A DNA stretch of 64,000 nt from Octopus sinensis (taxonomy: Eukaryota): the NCBI RefSeq assembly GCF_006345805.1, contig NC_043004.1, positions 61,876,001-61,940,000 of the forward strand, given 5' to 3'. Below are positions 52,191 to 64,000 of this stretch, piece by piece (position 1 is the stretch's first letter; every line of letters begins with the position of its first letter). A model generated the notes under the pieces. The model ran no database searches. It had not been told where the DNA came from and saw only the letters and a program-made list of their open reading frames with translations. Position numbers and translations under genes: made by a program.

Positions 52191-52225
<35 letters not shown>

Positions 52226-52549
52226 TATATTTTAAAACGCATAACTGAATTTCTTGAATGTTGTCATTTGCAATAACTTATGTCATTTTTATTTACACGT
52301 ATTCAAATATATTTCAGGATGTTAAACTTCATTTTTCGTATATTCACCGTTTTCAGAATTCTGGGCCCATTTATATTTTTTCGTACATTAGCTTATTCAC
52401 ACAAAATTGATAAATAACTGTTATTTCAACTTTCTGTTTTAGTAAATATATTTGTTCTTTTTCCTTTTTGCAATTTATTTATGAAATTTTCCTTTCACGT
52501 CCCACAAATACCATAAAAATTACTTATGAATTACTCTCATGAATCTCAT

Positions 52550-52580
<31 letters not shown>

Positions 52581-52770
52581 CGGAGAGAGACAGACAGAGA
52601 CAGTCGCACAGTCAGAGACAGACAGATAGTCAGACACAGACAAACAGAGGGAGGAAGAGTGATAGAGAGAGTGAGAGAGAATGTGAGAAAGAGAGTGAGA
52701 TAGAGTGTTAGACAGACGAACAAAAAGAAATACAGGCAGACAGAGAGATAGTGAGAGAGAAATAGGAAAG
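52550..52770. repeat. GA/GACA-rich low-complexity tract
   Basis: Read directly from the sequence. Confidence 0.85.
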
Positions 52771-53004
52771 CGACATCTATATTTAAAGTAGTCCCATTAC
52801 CTGTACCATCAATTCACCCATGTTATTTTATTGAAAATATTTCTGAATGTCTGTTTACTTTTAGAGATCATTTTTGTTCGTACTCAGTTTTTCAAGTAGC
52901 AATTTGGAGAATATTTACCAAAATACTGAGTAATAAGGTTAACAAATTGAAACTGGTCATGTTCTAAATAATAATACGTTATATTGCTAAAATTGCTTCG
53001 TTCC

Positions 53005-53052
<48 letters not shown>

Positions 53053-55612
53053 CATATTTTCATACACATGTATAGGAAAGATTATGCGTCTGCGTTTGCC
53101 CCCAATTTATTGAGAAATATATTTTGAATTGATTTAAACATATAATTACTTTTGCTGTTATGCCATATGTTTTTGCTCTGAATCAGCGATTCTATATTTA
53201 TCTGAGATTCAAGCATTAATATGTCAAATATAATACTGGTATTAAATAATGCTTCACATCAGATTTTAGTGCAACGATAAACGGTGCCATAGAGCTATAA
53301 TGATATGATATGAATAATAAAAAATAATGTGAAGCCGAAAACAGAATTTCAATATATATACTACGCCGCAAAGGTCGATATCCATGTCAAATTCATTTAG
53401 CTTTCCATTGATACATAAACCCTTTCTCCACTGCATACACCTAGTCTTAAATTATTTTTGGTGATAAAGACTATGTTGAATGTAGCAGAATTTTAAAAGA
53501 CTAATAGATTATTAAATATGAAACCCGTTCCACGTTAAAACCTTACATAGATGAAAAATATCTAGCATACACTGAAACATGTCAGTATGCAACAAAGGGG
53601 AACAGAAAAATATTTTTCTAGTTATCATGTACTGATATTTCTTGACATTCTAACTGTATTCATGCGTCAAATATTTTTTACGCGTTTTACGTTATAACAT
53701 CACATATGAATCCATGCTTGCGAAATCTGAAATATTACTTCAATGTTTATCTTTTAGCACTGCATAATAGTTCCTTATCTCATTCGCATCTAATGATGTC
53801 TAAATTTCCGTCTGCCCATTTGAAACTTTCGAATAGAATTCTTTTATACTACGATCGACATTCAAATAACGGGTATATTAATAAGGATGATACTGATAAA
53901 ACAAAACATCGTGTCTTGTCATACGTACGTGGTATTCATTACAGAGTTATAAGATGATGATAATTCAAGGCATGTGCTCTGATAAATATTAGAGAAAAGT
54001 TACTGGTGTTCGTAATAGAGTCAGCGGAAACAGTCAATTGTCTAAAAGTTATCTAAATGCCAAGAAAGAGGCGTGGTTAAAATGAAAATTGTGTCCTAGT
54101 ACTGAGGACTTCATATTCAATTTATATTTGAATTTCCTTCTTCTAGAGCACGTCTTTCATGCATAATGAGGACAGGTTCTTGCTAATTAGTTCTGATATA
54201 CATATAAAGAGGAAAAACGAAGCCTCACCAAGTCAAACACAAAGTTTTTAAAAGATATTACTTTAAATTGCCTAAGCTAGACTATATTTTTCTGTGAATG
54301 GATAAAATAATTCGTATTGTTACTCGTAAAAATCACAACAACACTGTGTACTTCTATTTAATTTGTAAAACATTCAACTTCTAGCATGCCTCCTTTACTT
54401 TATTTGAATTGGAAACGTCATTAATTCTTATGATTATTTCTTTGATATTTATGAATACGAAATTAATTTTTCAAATGTATATTTTAAAACCAAAGACCCA
54501 TTATGCTTGCTCATAGTTTTCGATGTTAAAATTCTTCCTATATTAAATTCAATCTGTATGAGTAATTTCAGAATTATTGAGCATCATTGCTGATATGCTT
54601 AATAACAGTTCAGTTTTTATAGGCCATGAGGTCGAACACACTTTCTCGATAAACATATCCTTAACGCCAGGAACATTTCAACACCTTGTTTTATCAAAGT
54701 GTATAACAATAAGAGTATCTCATCCATTCTCGTGGGATCTATGTTTCATTACTTTTCAAAATTCTTTGCTTCGTAATTCTTAGCGTATTTCCTCCGCTAT
54801 ATTTATTTTGGAAATATTTTCAAGAAATTAAATCGCAGTGCATTATAATAGGGCTAAACATTTCTGCTTAATGATATTTCTTCACCATTGGTTTTTACCC
54901 AGAATGGTTATGGAATATTTTAAGCGATTGATTTATTTTGATTTATTTTACATTGTTTTTCTTTTCTTTATTCTTTAACTCAATAGCGTTCATTATTTCT
55001 TTTTAACTCTGTATGTTTCGTCCATACTATCACTTTCGATCGTATTTCATTTTCTTTCAAATACTTTCCCTGTTCGTCTCATCCTACCTAAGTTTCCTCT
55101 CCTTCCCTGTCTTTCACCCCAAATTGTATTCATTCAACCATAAAAACATATGCAAATTATTCAATTATAGAAATGTTACAGCATGGGTATCAGTTGAATA
55201 AGCTTAGTCATAGAAGCAACATTGCTACCGTTACATTGTCATGCTTATTTCTCTATTATTATATTTTGGCCATATATGACGTAAACAACCAAATCTCTAC
55301 TGAATATGCAACGCATTCTGTTCTATATTGTTTCTGTTAAATACTTTCCGAAACCAAAACTACGTTACGTGTCATATCAGAGCGAAATCAAAGAATAGAG
55401 ATAAAGACAAAATTGGAATTACATTTGAAGGAGAAGCTCTATAAATGGTGGGTACCAAAAGAGATGAGTGGATTTATTTGACGGACATTCTGTCAGAAAA
55501 TATATTATAGATAATATAATCTCAGGTGTAAACAAAACATTGCTCACAAATTGGTTTAGGTAGCCAGTACTCTAATGAATCATAACGAAGTAAGGCTTTT
55601 CACCCTCGAGGT

Positions 55613-56422
55613 TTCAGATTTAATCTTTATTGCAGAATATTGAGCTAGTATTATATATGATAGCATTTTAGCAATCCAAATCTTATGAATGTAACTGGGC
55701 AGACTCGTCATAGTAGCATGTTGATTCACTCCATAGATTAAATAGAAGGTAGAAGTGTGTAGAAATTGTTGATACTTATACAATATAAAATATAGTGATC
55801 AGACAATTCCTCTGAATGACCAACAGAAAACCTTTGAAACCTATGCAACATCAAATCATTCTTTCACTCACTTTATTTGAAACTAAATGAAACATAGCAA
55901 AAACTTTAAGTGATATCATGCCTCGAATGAATGCCATCCAAATTTGTTTTAGACAAATGTGTTCAGGTTTCGAGGTTTCCATTTATACAATTGAGAGCAC
56001 ACGATTTGCAAGAATTCAGGATTCAGCATTCTGCATCTAAATTTTGTATAAACAAAGATTTTATCAAATCTTTGTATAAACAAGAATATAAAATAAAACT
56101 GATCACAAAAAAACAGCGACAAGATAGATCCCTAACAATTCTTTCTTCCTGATACAGTAGTAGCTTCTAAGCTGCAGTGAAGACATCATTTTCTTTGTCT
56201 ATCTGCTTACCGCCTTAGAGATTTTAGGTAAAATTATACTAATGTGTCCATCTGTTTAAATTTAATTTAATTATGTATATTTATGCAGCTGAGGATTCCT
56301 CTGCATTTAAATTGATGTAATGATTGCATTGTTCAATTAAATGGAGTCGCTTGAAATGATCGTACTGCATTACCTCTGGATATCCTGTTGCTAATTTTGA
56401 TTTTATTCATATATGTATATAG

Positions 56423-56493
<71 letters not shown>

Positions 56494-56521
56494 TTTATAT
56501 GTATATATCTGTATATATACG

Positions 56522-56552
<31 letters not shown>

Positions 56553-57195
56553 ATACATATATATATATATATATATATGTGTATACATATATGTGTATAT
56601 ATATATATGTGTGTGTGTGTGTAAACATATGTATGCGCACGTGAATTGTAAGCATATATTTATCTGTATGTGTACATGTGTTTGTATTGATATATATAAT
56701 ATGCATAGTGTTCATTTCAAGATAATTTGACGAAATTAATTGACTCAAGAAATAAAACTATGACCGTTATTCGATATAGAGTATCGTAAAAGAAATGTGA
56801 GAACAGTTCAGATTTATTCGATGATTCAGATTTAATCTTTATTGCAGATTATTGATCAAGTATTATGTATGATAGCATTGATTCACTTCGAAGTGTGTAG
56901 AAATTGTTGATATTTATGCAATATAAAATATAGTGATCAGACAATTTCTGTGAATGACCAACTGAAAACCTTTGAAACCGATGCAACGTCAATTCATACT
57001 TTCACTCACTTTATTTGAAACTAAATGAAACATAGCAACAACTTTAAGTGATATCATGCCGCGAATGGAGCGTTTTTCATGTACAATGAAGGCCATACAA
57101 ATTTGCTTTAGACAAATTTGTTCAGGTTTCGAGGTTTCCATTCACACGATTGACAGCCCTCGCTTTGCAAGCATTCAGGATTCATCATCCTGCAT
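55613..57195 (+). repeat. Local direct duplication (55613-56036 and 56825-57195)
   Basis: Shared long blocks such as TTTCACTCACTTTATTTGAAACTAAATGAAACATAGCAA, with reciprocal indels. Confidence 0.9.
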
Positions 57196-60100
57196 ATGCA
57201 GAATTGGTAGAGAGGTAAACATAGTATAATGCGAATAAAGATGAGGAATATGTTCGGCAATCGTTTCTTTCGGCAATCGTTATAATTTGATTATTATGGA
57301 TATAGGATACCATTTATGAAAAATTATTTTCTGTGTAAATACTTTCATTTCATTTTATATTCTTGTGTCTCAGTTGCATCAATTCATCTCCACTTTCGTA
57401 TAACTTTGCGTGCAAGCTGCTATTCTATAATACAGTTTGTCTTTCTCTTTATATTTTTCTCTAATTTATAATATTATTCCCATTGCTTTCGTCAACCTGA
57501 AGTGATGTTACGGATCATTATAAATCACCTAGCACAGGGTAGGAGAGAAAGGAGCCGAAAGAGAGAGAGAGAGAGAGAGAACTATGAAATATCTAATTAA
57601 CGATGATTCAGAAATATTTTGTTAAAAACCGGCAATAACATGAGCACATCTAAAAGAACACCTTAAAATAAATAGGCTCTAATTTTACGGCCAAAATAAA
57701 AACATGCAAAGAAACAAGCTCACGAGAATTACCCAGCCATTATATTCGTATTAAAGAAATAATGTACTAAAAACCAAATTATGGAATATGGGGGAAGGAT
57801 TCGGCTTGTAAAAAACCATTATAAGCAACTCTTTTGCAAACAGTACTGAAAATCTTAATAAAGTTTCCCCGGCGGATATACATTTGAGATGTAATGAAAA
57901 AATGTTTGACTAAATTGCGAAATAACCAATGTGCTCTTTTGGAAATAATTGCACGTTTTTGAAGAAAACTTTCGGGGAATTATCTGCATATTTCCGTAGG
58001 TACTGTGTATAGATACCCCAGTTAACAAAAAATGATTTGTTAAGTAAAATGCAATTCTTGAATTGTTTCCAGAAAATGTTTGTGATTCTATTCAAAAAGT
58101 TATGTTCGCCAAGAGAGGCAGATTTGTTACTTTCCTACTGCAGATAGTTAATAAATTGTAATGGAAAATGAGAATAGATAGGTAAAACATTCTATAGAAA
58201 ATTATTGAAACTTTGGTTTACAATAATTTTGTGCCAAATTCAAAACCACCAACTGTTGTGCAGCAGAATACATTTTAGTGTTGACAGATTTCGTGTGCTT
58301 TATAAGTTATTATAAAATGTAGAAATAATATATACACTTTTTCAACATCTTACTCATCTCAGAGCACTATATTGATATATGAGAAATTATATGTTAGATG
58401 ACATTCTAGTTCAAGTAAATTTGCATGTAAGAAGATTGAAAGAACCAGTTTAGCTCGTCAATGTTCTAGACTTAATATGTATTGAAAAATTATCGAATAT
58501 CATTAAGAGAAAATAGAAGCTGAATTCAACATCTTTTAGAATAAAACTTCATTTTAGAAAACGATTGAAATTGCACTTATCTTTGAGCAATAGTTATTTT
58601 AATGAAATAGTAAATGTTGACAAAGGATTATCAAGAATTAACATCACATTTTGATTTTGCTAAGTACTACTACTACTATCTGTTGGGAAGTTATCACTAA
58701 AAATTCATGTTAAATCTTTAGTTAGTTTTCTACCAATTTTGACATAATTTGAATAATGTTTATAACTCAATAATCAATCCCATATCAAATTAATACGGAT
58801 AATTTTCCCCACTCATAATAGCCCTGTATTTTAAGAAATAACGTACATTGCAATGATCAATATACTTTCCTCGGAATTGAAATACCGACATTAATACATA
58901 CATACATACATAGATACATGCTTATAAACATAGATACAGGTTTACATACATACGAATGCAGTGAATATACGGGCTTATTAGAAGCGCTGATCCTGAATTA
59001 CCCTTTGACGTTTGAACTAGAGGAAATTTTGAATAATTTGTGTGAGAAACACTGACAGAGAAAGGCAACGGAAAATAGATAAAGAGAGGGATAGAGAAAG
59101 AGAGATTTCATACTAAGTTGATTATGGTATTCGTAATATGTATATCCTTAAATATATGTTAAAATATTTACCGACGTTTTTATCAGTGCAATGTGTATTG
59201 AATATTAAGCATTACTTGCATAAACAAGCACTTTGACATGAATCACTAATTGCTTGCTATTGAAATTGTCCCATTAGATTGATACATATTTTACCTTTTA
59301 AGGTGGCAGAAGTATTATAGAGGTGATATAGATATTTTAAATCATATATAGTTGTAGAAATGCTTTAGACGTGATATGGTTATTTGATTTTATAGAAAGT
59401 TGTTAAAAGGATACAGAAATGATAGAGAAACTAAATTTTCTATAACGTATTTGCATTGGTATAAAGTGAAGTAAGAATTTGTTATGTAACGTTGATGCAG
59501 TGACATAAGAATCGAATTAGATGTGAGGTTTTTGCAGCGATATTTTCTAACTCAGAATTTATAACTGACACCATAACTAACATAGACACCCAAAAGGTTA
59601 AATCAAGTATTTGAATTTTTGACATGTGCCAGTGAAACTGAAATGAAGTATAATTTAACAGTGAATACACTTTTCGGAGCGGATTCACTTGTAACACGCA
59701 ACATTTCTATTCAGTATTTATGAATCTGTTGCCTAAACGTTTCATGACGGCTGTGGTTGAGCTGCTTCATCACTGCTTATGTGCACATACACTCACACAC
59801 GTTCTGTCATAAAAAGAAAGATATACATACACACACAAAGATAGTTTTATATGTGTGTGTGTGTTTGTATCCAAGTTATGCATGCTTTCAAAAGATGTTT
59901 CAAAACGTGAAATATGTTTCGCAAATAGATGTAGTAAGAGAAAATATTCAGAAATGTATCGTTTAATACACAATAAATTGGTCTTCGCTTTCCTGAATGT
60001 ATTAACCAGCAGCATGAAGAAACACGTGTTTCTTCTTGTATTTATAAATATAGGCCGTTTCCATATTATCTTCGGGATGACGGCAGTTGAGAATAGAGTT

Positions 60101-60429
60101 GCAAGAAAAAGGAAAAATGAACGATAAAATATTGATAGTCATGCTTACTCTGCACAGTGGATTATATTTAATATATATATACGATACAAAGATAAATATT
60201 TAGCCCTGCTAAGGTTTTTGTGTTATAGAGGAGCCAGAACCCAAGGCATGCGAGAGAGAGATTCCCAAACTAGAATGCTAGCATAGATACTTGTAGCAGA
60301 CTCGCCACGGGTACAGCAATTAACGTGTCAGTTACTGTTACAAAACAGATGATGGATTGATGCCTATCATTAATGTAAGCCATAAATCTATTTTATCCCA
60401 GAATTTAATGTAGCGAAGATCATCTCCCT

Positions 60430-60540
60430 GCATTGCTACTTTTTTGCCACCCCGAAATTAAGCAGAACAAATACGACCTCGGCTACGTTTGAACTCTGAG
60501 CACAGACTCGGTTCAAATACCACTAAGTACTTTAGCATTA
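60430..60540 (-). mobile_element. Degenerate SINE fragment (37011 family)
   Basis: Reverse complement CTCAGAGTTCAAACGTAGCCGAGGTCGTATTTG..TTTCGGGGTG. Confidence 0.55.
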
Positions 60541-62867
60541 TGAACGTTTGATGAGAATAAGGTATTTTTATCTATGATACTATTCACTTGCTATAAGCAA
60601 AATAGCACGATAATATATTTCCTAGAAAACTGCTGCAAAACAACAGAATGTGCAATGGCTGTTTGAATCTAAATTTAAGAAAACGTTACATTAGGTTATT
60701 GCTGTGAAATAGATGAGATATAGGAACGTAAAGTTACATAAATTCGTTGCTGAGATACAGAAATACCTTGTAAGTTTGATTTATATGTTAAGCAAGTGAT
60801 ATACAAGTATAACAAGGAATTTTCTTATTTATATAAAATTGTTAGAGTGGAATAGTTATACATAAAATATAAAACGTTTTTATATACAAGTGATACAGGA
60901 ATTTGATTTCTATAACATTGTTTCGATGATGATATACGAGCAAAGTAGTAATTTGATTTATATAACATTACTCTGCGATATACATGTGAAGTAAATATTC
61001 GAATTTTATTTAAAATTATTTTACTGTTATCATTTTGATGAGTAAAATACATGAAGTCATAAAGAACATTTGCGGCCAAAAGCTTAAATCAGATACTCAT
61101 TGAATCATTCTAAATCTTGACATGTGTTAAAGAAATTGGAACAATAAATTCTTTTAAACCGAATAATATGTAAGAGACAGTAACACTAATGTCACACAAA
61201 TCATACATTATCGCTTTACAAATCAATAGCGTAACAAATTCATGATAATTTTTAGTTGTAAGCTTTATTGTTGCTTATATGCAGGAATCTGATTTTTATA
61301 TTTGTGAAAGGTATATGAAAATATTGGAAGTATATATTTTATTTAAAGGCACTGGGGTATGTGTATGAAAAGCAAACACATAGATTTAGTGGCATATAAT
61401 ACAAGAAAAGTATGTTTAAGATTTTATAGATGCCATAACACACAGTATGAACATCCATAATTAATTGAACAGTTAATGGAGATGTATGAGAATGATGTAT
61501 TTCCAAAGAGGAGCGAAAACGAATAGGATAATCAATCATACGGGAAGCTAGCGATACTGAAGTAACGTATGCCATGCATTAGAATTTGTTTCGCTGTACA
61601 TCATCAACCTATATTATACGGGAAGAATAATACTGTCGTTTATTGAGATTCATTGTAACATTTCTGCTTGTTCCCATAACTGAATTCAGATAAGACTTTG
61701 GAAGGGATCAGAATACAACAGAAAAAATACAGTTAACATTTTAACATGCATTACTGAGGAAATCCTTTACTTCAACGTATACCACATGCGCGAGCCATGT
61801 TTCACCGTGATAATTTTTCCAAAAATCAAGTGTAGAAACTACTGCGGTTTCTCGGTTGAATAATCTCCAATGTATATCATGTATACCAAAATTGGTTACA
61901 AGCAATAAATTACTGAAGGATAGGATCGGTAAGGCTCAGTATGCTTTCTTTTATAGTATTATGTTTATCATATTTATAGCTTGGAGTCACTAAGTACTAA
62001 AGCTGTGAGAACACAATATATTAATTTACTTTCTGTGCAAACGTCTATAATAAAACGCAGCGTTGTGAATAAAAATATTTCCTCACTAACTAAAGTATAA
62101 TATTAGAGTAAGAAGTAGGCGAAAGATAATAATGAAACTAAAATAGTGATTGACTGTGAGGCAAATTACCTGAAGGAAGAGAAATAGCATAAAATATTAG
62201 AACAGGAAATATTGGAGGATGGCGATTACGGCAAGGTAAGAAGAGAGATACTTGTGAGCAGCAGTAAGATATATGCACAGAGAAAACAGCCTATAAACAC
62301 ACACAGACTGAGCATAAAGAACTCAAACGTAAGAATACCTCACGACTAACACAGATACGTTTCATAGAAAACACGCAAACATGCGGAAGTACATGCACAT
62401 CACTCAGCTTAACATTCACAAAAGAAAGTATCACACACACACAACTCATAATTGATATGGGCAGATGATATACATAAATGATATGCTTTTTCTTATGAAA
62501 ATCTAGCTGAAAAACATCGAAAATATAATAATATACCCAATAATTACAGAAATAAATGTATTTTAAAGATTTCTAAGAGTGCAAGTATGAAGAATTTAGC
62601 AATATATACTTGACATTATTGAACTGAATTTTGGAATAGATTAACACAAATATGGAAGGAAAATTATATTTGAAATCACTTAACACAGGAAGTTTCTATC
62701 AAAGAATTACGGATGTCAAGCGGGTTGCTATCAAAATAGCGGGTTGCTATATTTATAAAAATCAGATTCTCGCGTTTGTTTCAGTTCGTTTTAAGTTTGT
62801 TTTTAAATGAAAAATATATAGATACGTTATCAGAAATCTGACTTAGCAAACAGTTTTCGAATGCCGC

Positions 62868-63435
62868 TTCTTCTTCTTCTTCTTCTTCTTCTTCTTCTTT
62901 TCTCTTTCTTCTCTTCTTCTTCTATTCTTCTTCTTCTTCTTCTTCTTCTTCTTTCTTCTTCTTCTTCTCCTTCTTCTTTCTTCTTCTTCTTCTTCTTCTT
63001 CTTCTTCTTCTTCTTCTTCATCTTCTTCTTCTTCTTTCTTCTTCTTCTTCTTCTCTTCTTTCTTCTCTCTCTTCTTCTTTCTTCTCTCTTCTTCTTCTTC
63101 TTCTTCTTCCTTCTCTTCGTTCTTCTTCTTCTTCTTCTTCTTCTTCTCTTCTTCTTTCTTTCTCTTCCTTCTTCTTCTTCTTCTTCTTCTTCTTCTTCTT
63201 CTTCTTCTCCTTCTTCTTCTTCTTCTTCTTCTTCTTCTTCTTCTTCTTCTTCTTCTTCTTCTTCTTCTTCTTCTTCTTCATCTTCTTCCTCTTCTTCTTC
63301 TTCATCTTCTTCCTCTTCTTCTTCTTCATCTTCTTCTCCTCCTCCTTCTTCTTCGTTTTCTTCTTCTTTTTCCTCTTCTTCTTCTTCTTCTCCTTCTTCT
63401 TCTTCTTCTTCTTTTTTTCTTTGTCTTCTTCTTCA
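62868..63435. repeat. Long (TTC)n microsatellite
   Basis: Read directly; it explains the poly-S/K/E/L ORFs. Confidence 0.95.
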
Positions 63436-63457
63436 TTATCATCATATATATACATAC

Positions 63458-63516
<59 letters not shown>

Positions 63517-63545
63517 ATATTATTATTATTATTATTATATATACA

Positions 63546-63590
63546 TCGGGTTGCCAACCGTCATTTATTTCAAAGGACAGTCCTTTATTC
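63546..63590 (+). mobile_element. Possible hAT-type left terminus
   Basis: CGGGTTGCCAACCGTC..AGGACAGTCCTTTA resembles AGGGTTGCCA-type hAT TIRs. No partner end within the window. Confidence 0.35.
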
Positions 63591-64000
63591 AGCTCTATAC
63601 AAGAAGCACAGAGCGACAGACAGCTGACCAGGGTGTAAAATTAACCTCATTTTACGTATAACTCAATTCTCCATTTCAAAGAAAAGGCACTCTTTCTGGG
63701 AGGAGAAAATCGTAAATTATGTTACTAAATATGGGAATCATTGCCCCCACAAAAAAGAAAAGTCAATAACAATAGAGAAGGAAAGGAGGTGCCGTTGGAC
63801 GTTTTGAAATGCAATACCTCCAACTGAACTGAACTGGGATTCACTGAGAATAAACCAATACAAAAATGGCGTATAATACAACAAGGTAGTGATGAGGTTT
63901 TTCACAAAATCGAGCCGTAATTTGTTATAAATATCAGAAAAGACAATGAAATCTATGTGAAAAATCTTGTAATAGTAGTACCAGATAATTATATTAAATG

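Noticed and set aside
54570-54720. Minus-strand fragments faintly like a hAT dimerisation domain
   Set aside because: They need several frameshifts and the key ERSFS motif is absent.

Overview
This is very AT-rich eukaryotic DNA dominated by repeats. The SINE families and the density of (TA)n, (CA)n, (TTC)n and (AAT)n microsatellites look like a cephalopod (Octopus-type) genome; that assignment is an inference. No intact host gene is supported, and most ORF-track entries are microsatellite read-throughs. Recognisable mobile elements are: a decayed Penelope-like element (RT with YRDD plus GIY-YIG, minus strand, ~19.5-24.9 kb); three R4/Dong-clade LINE copies in (TAA)n tracts plus one old RT remnant; a ~2.4 kb decayed piggyBac; two related LTRs (one solo, one followed by PBS-like motifs); a mariner-type HTH remnant; and many tRNA-derived SINEs. 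The most striking signal is a set of type I hammerhead ribozyme (HHR) folds in short units next to (TA)n tracts. The best case is a ~690 bp unit at 12798-13486 with two direct repeats, each carrying an identical canonical HHR. The two predicted cleavage sites are 454 nt apart, which is a retrozyme-like layout predicted to release a circularisable RNA. Four further sequence-distinct HHR folds and several decayed ones occur. The window is also rich in inverted repeats: a ~1 kb fold-back, an 82-bp near-perfect inverted repeat enclosing an HHR, and 16-bp and 200-bp inverted copies sitting inside TA tracts. All alignments and folds were done by eye, so boundaries are approximate.
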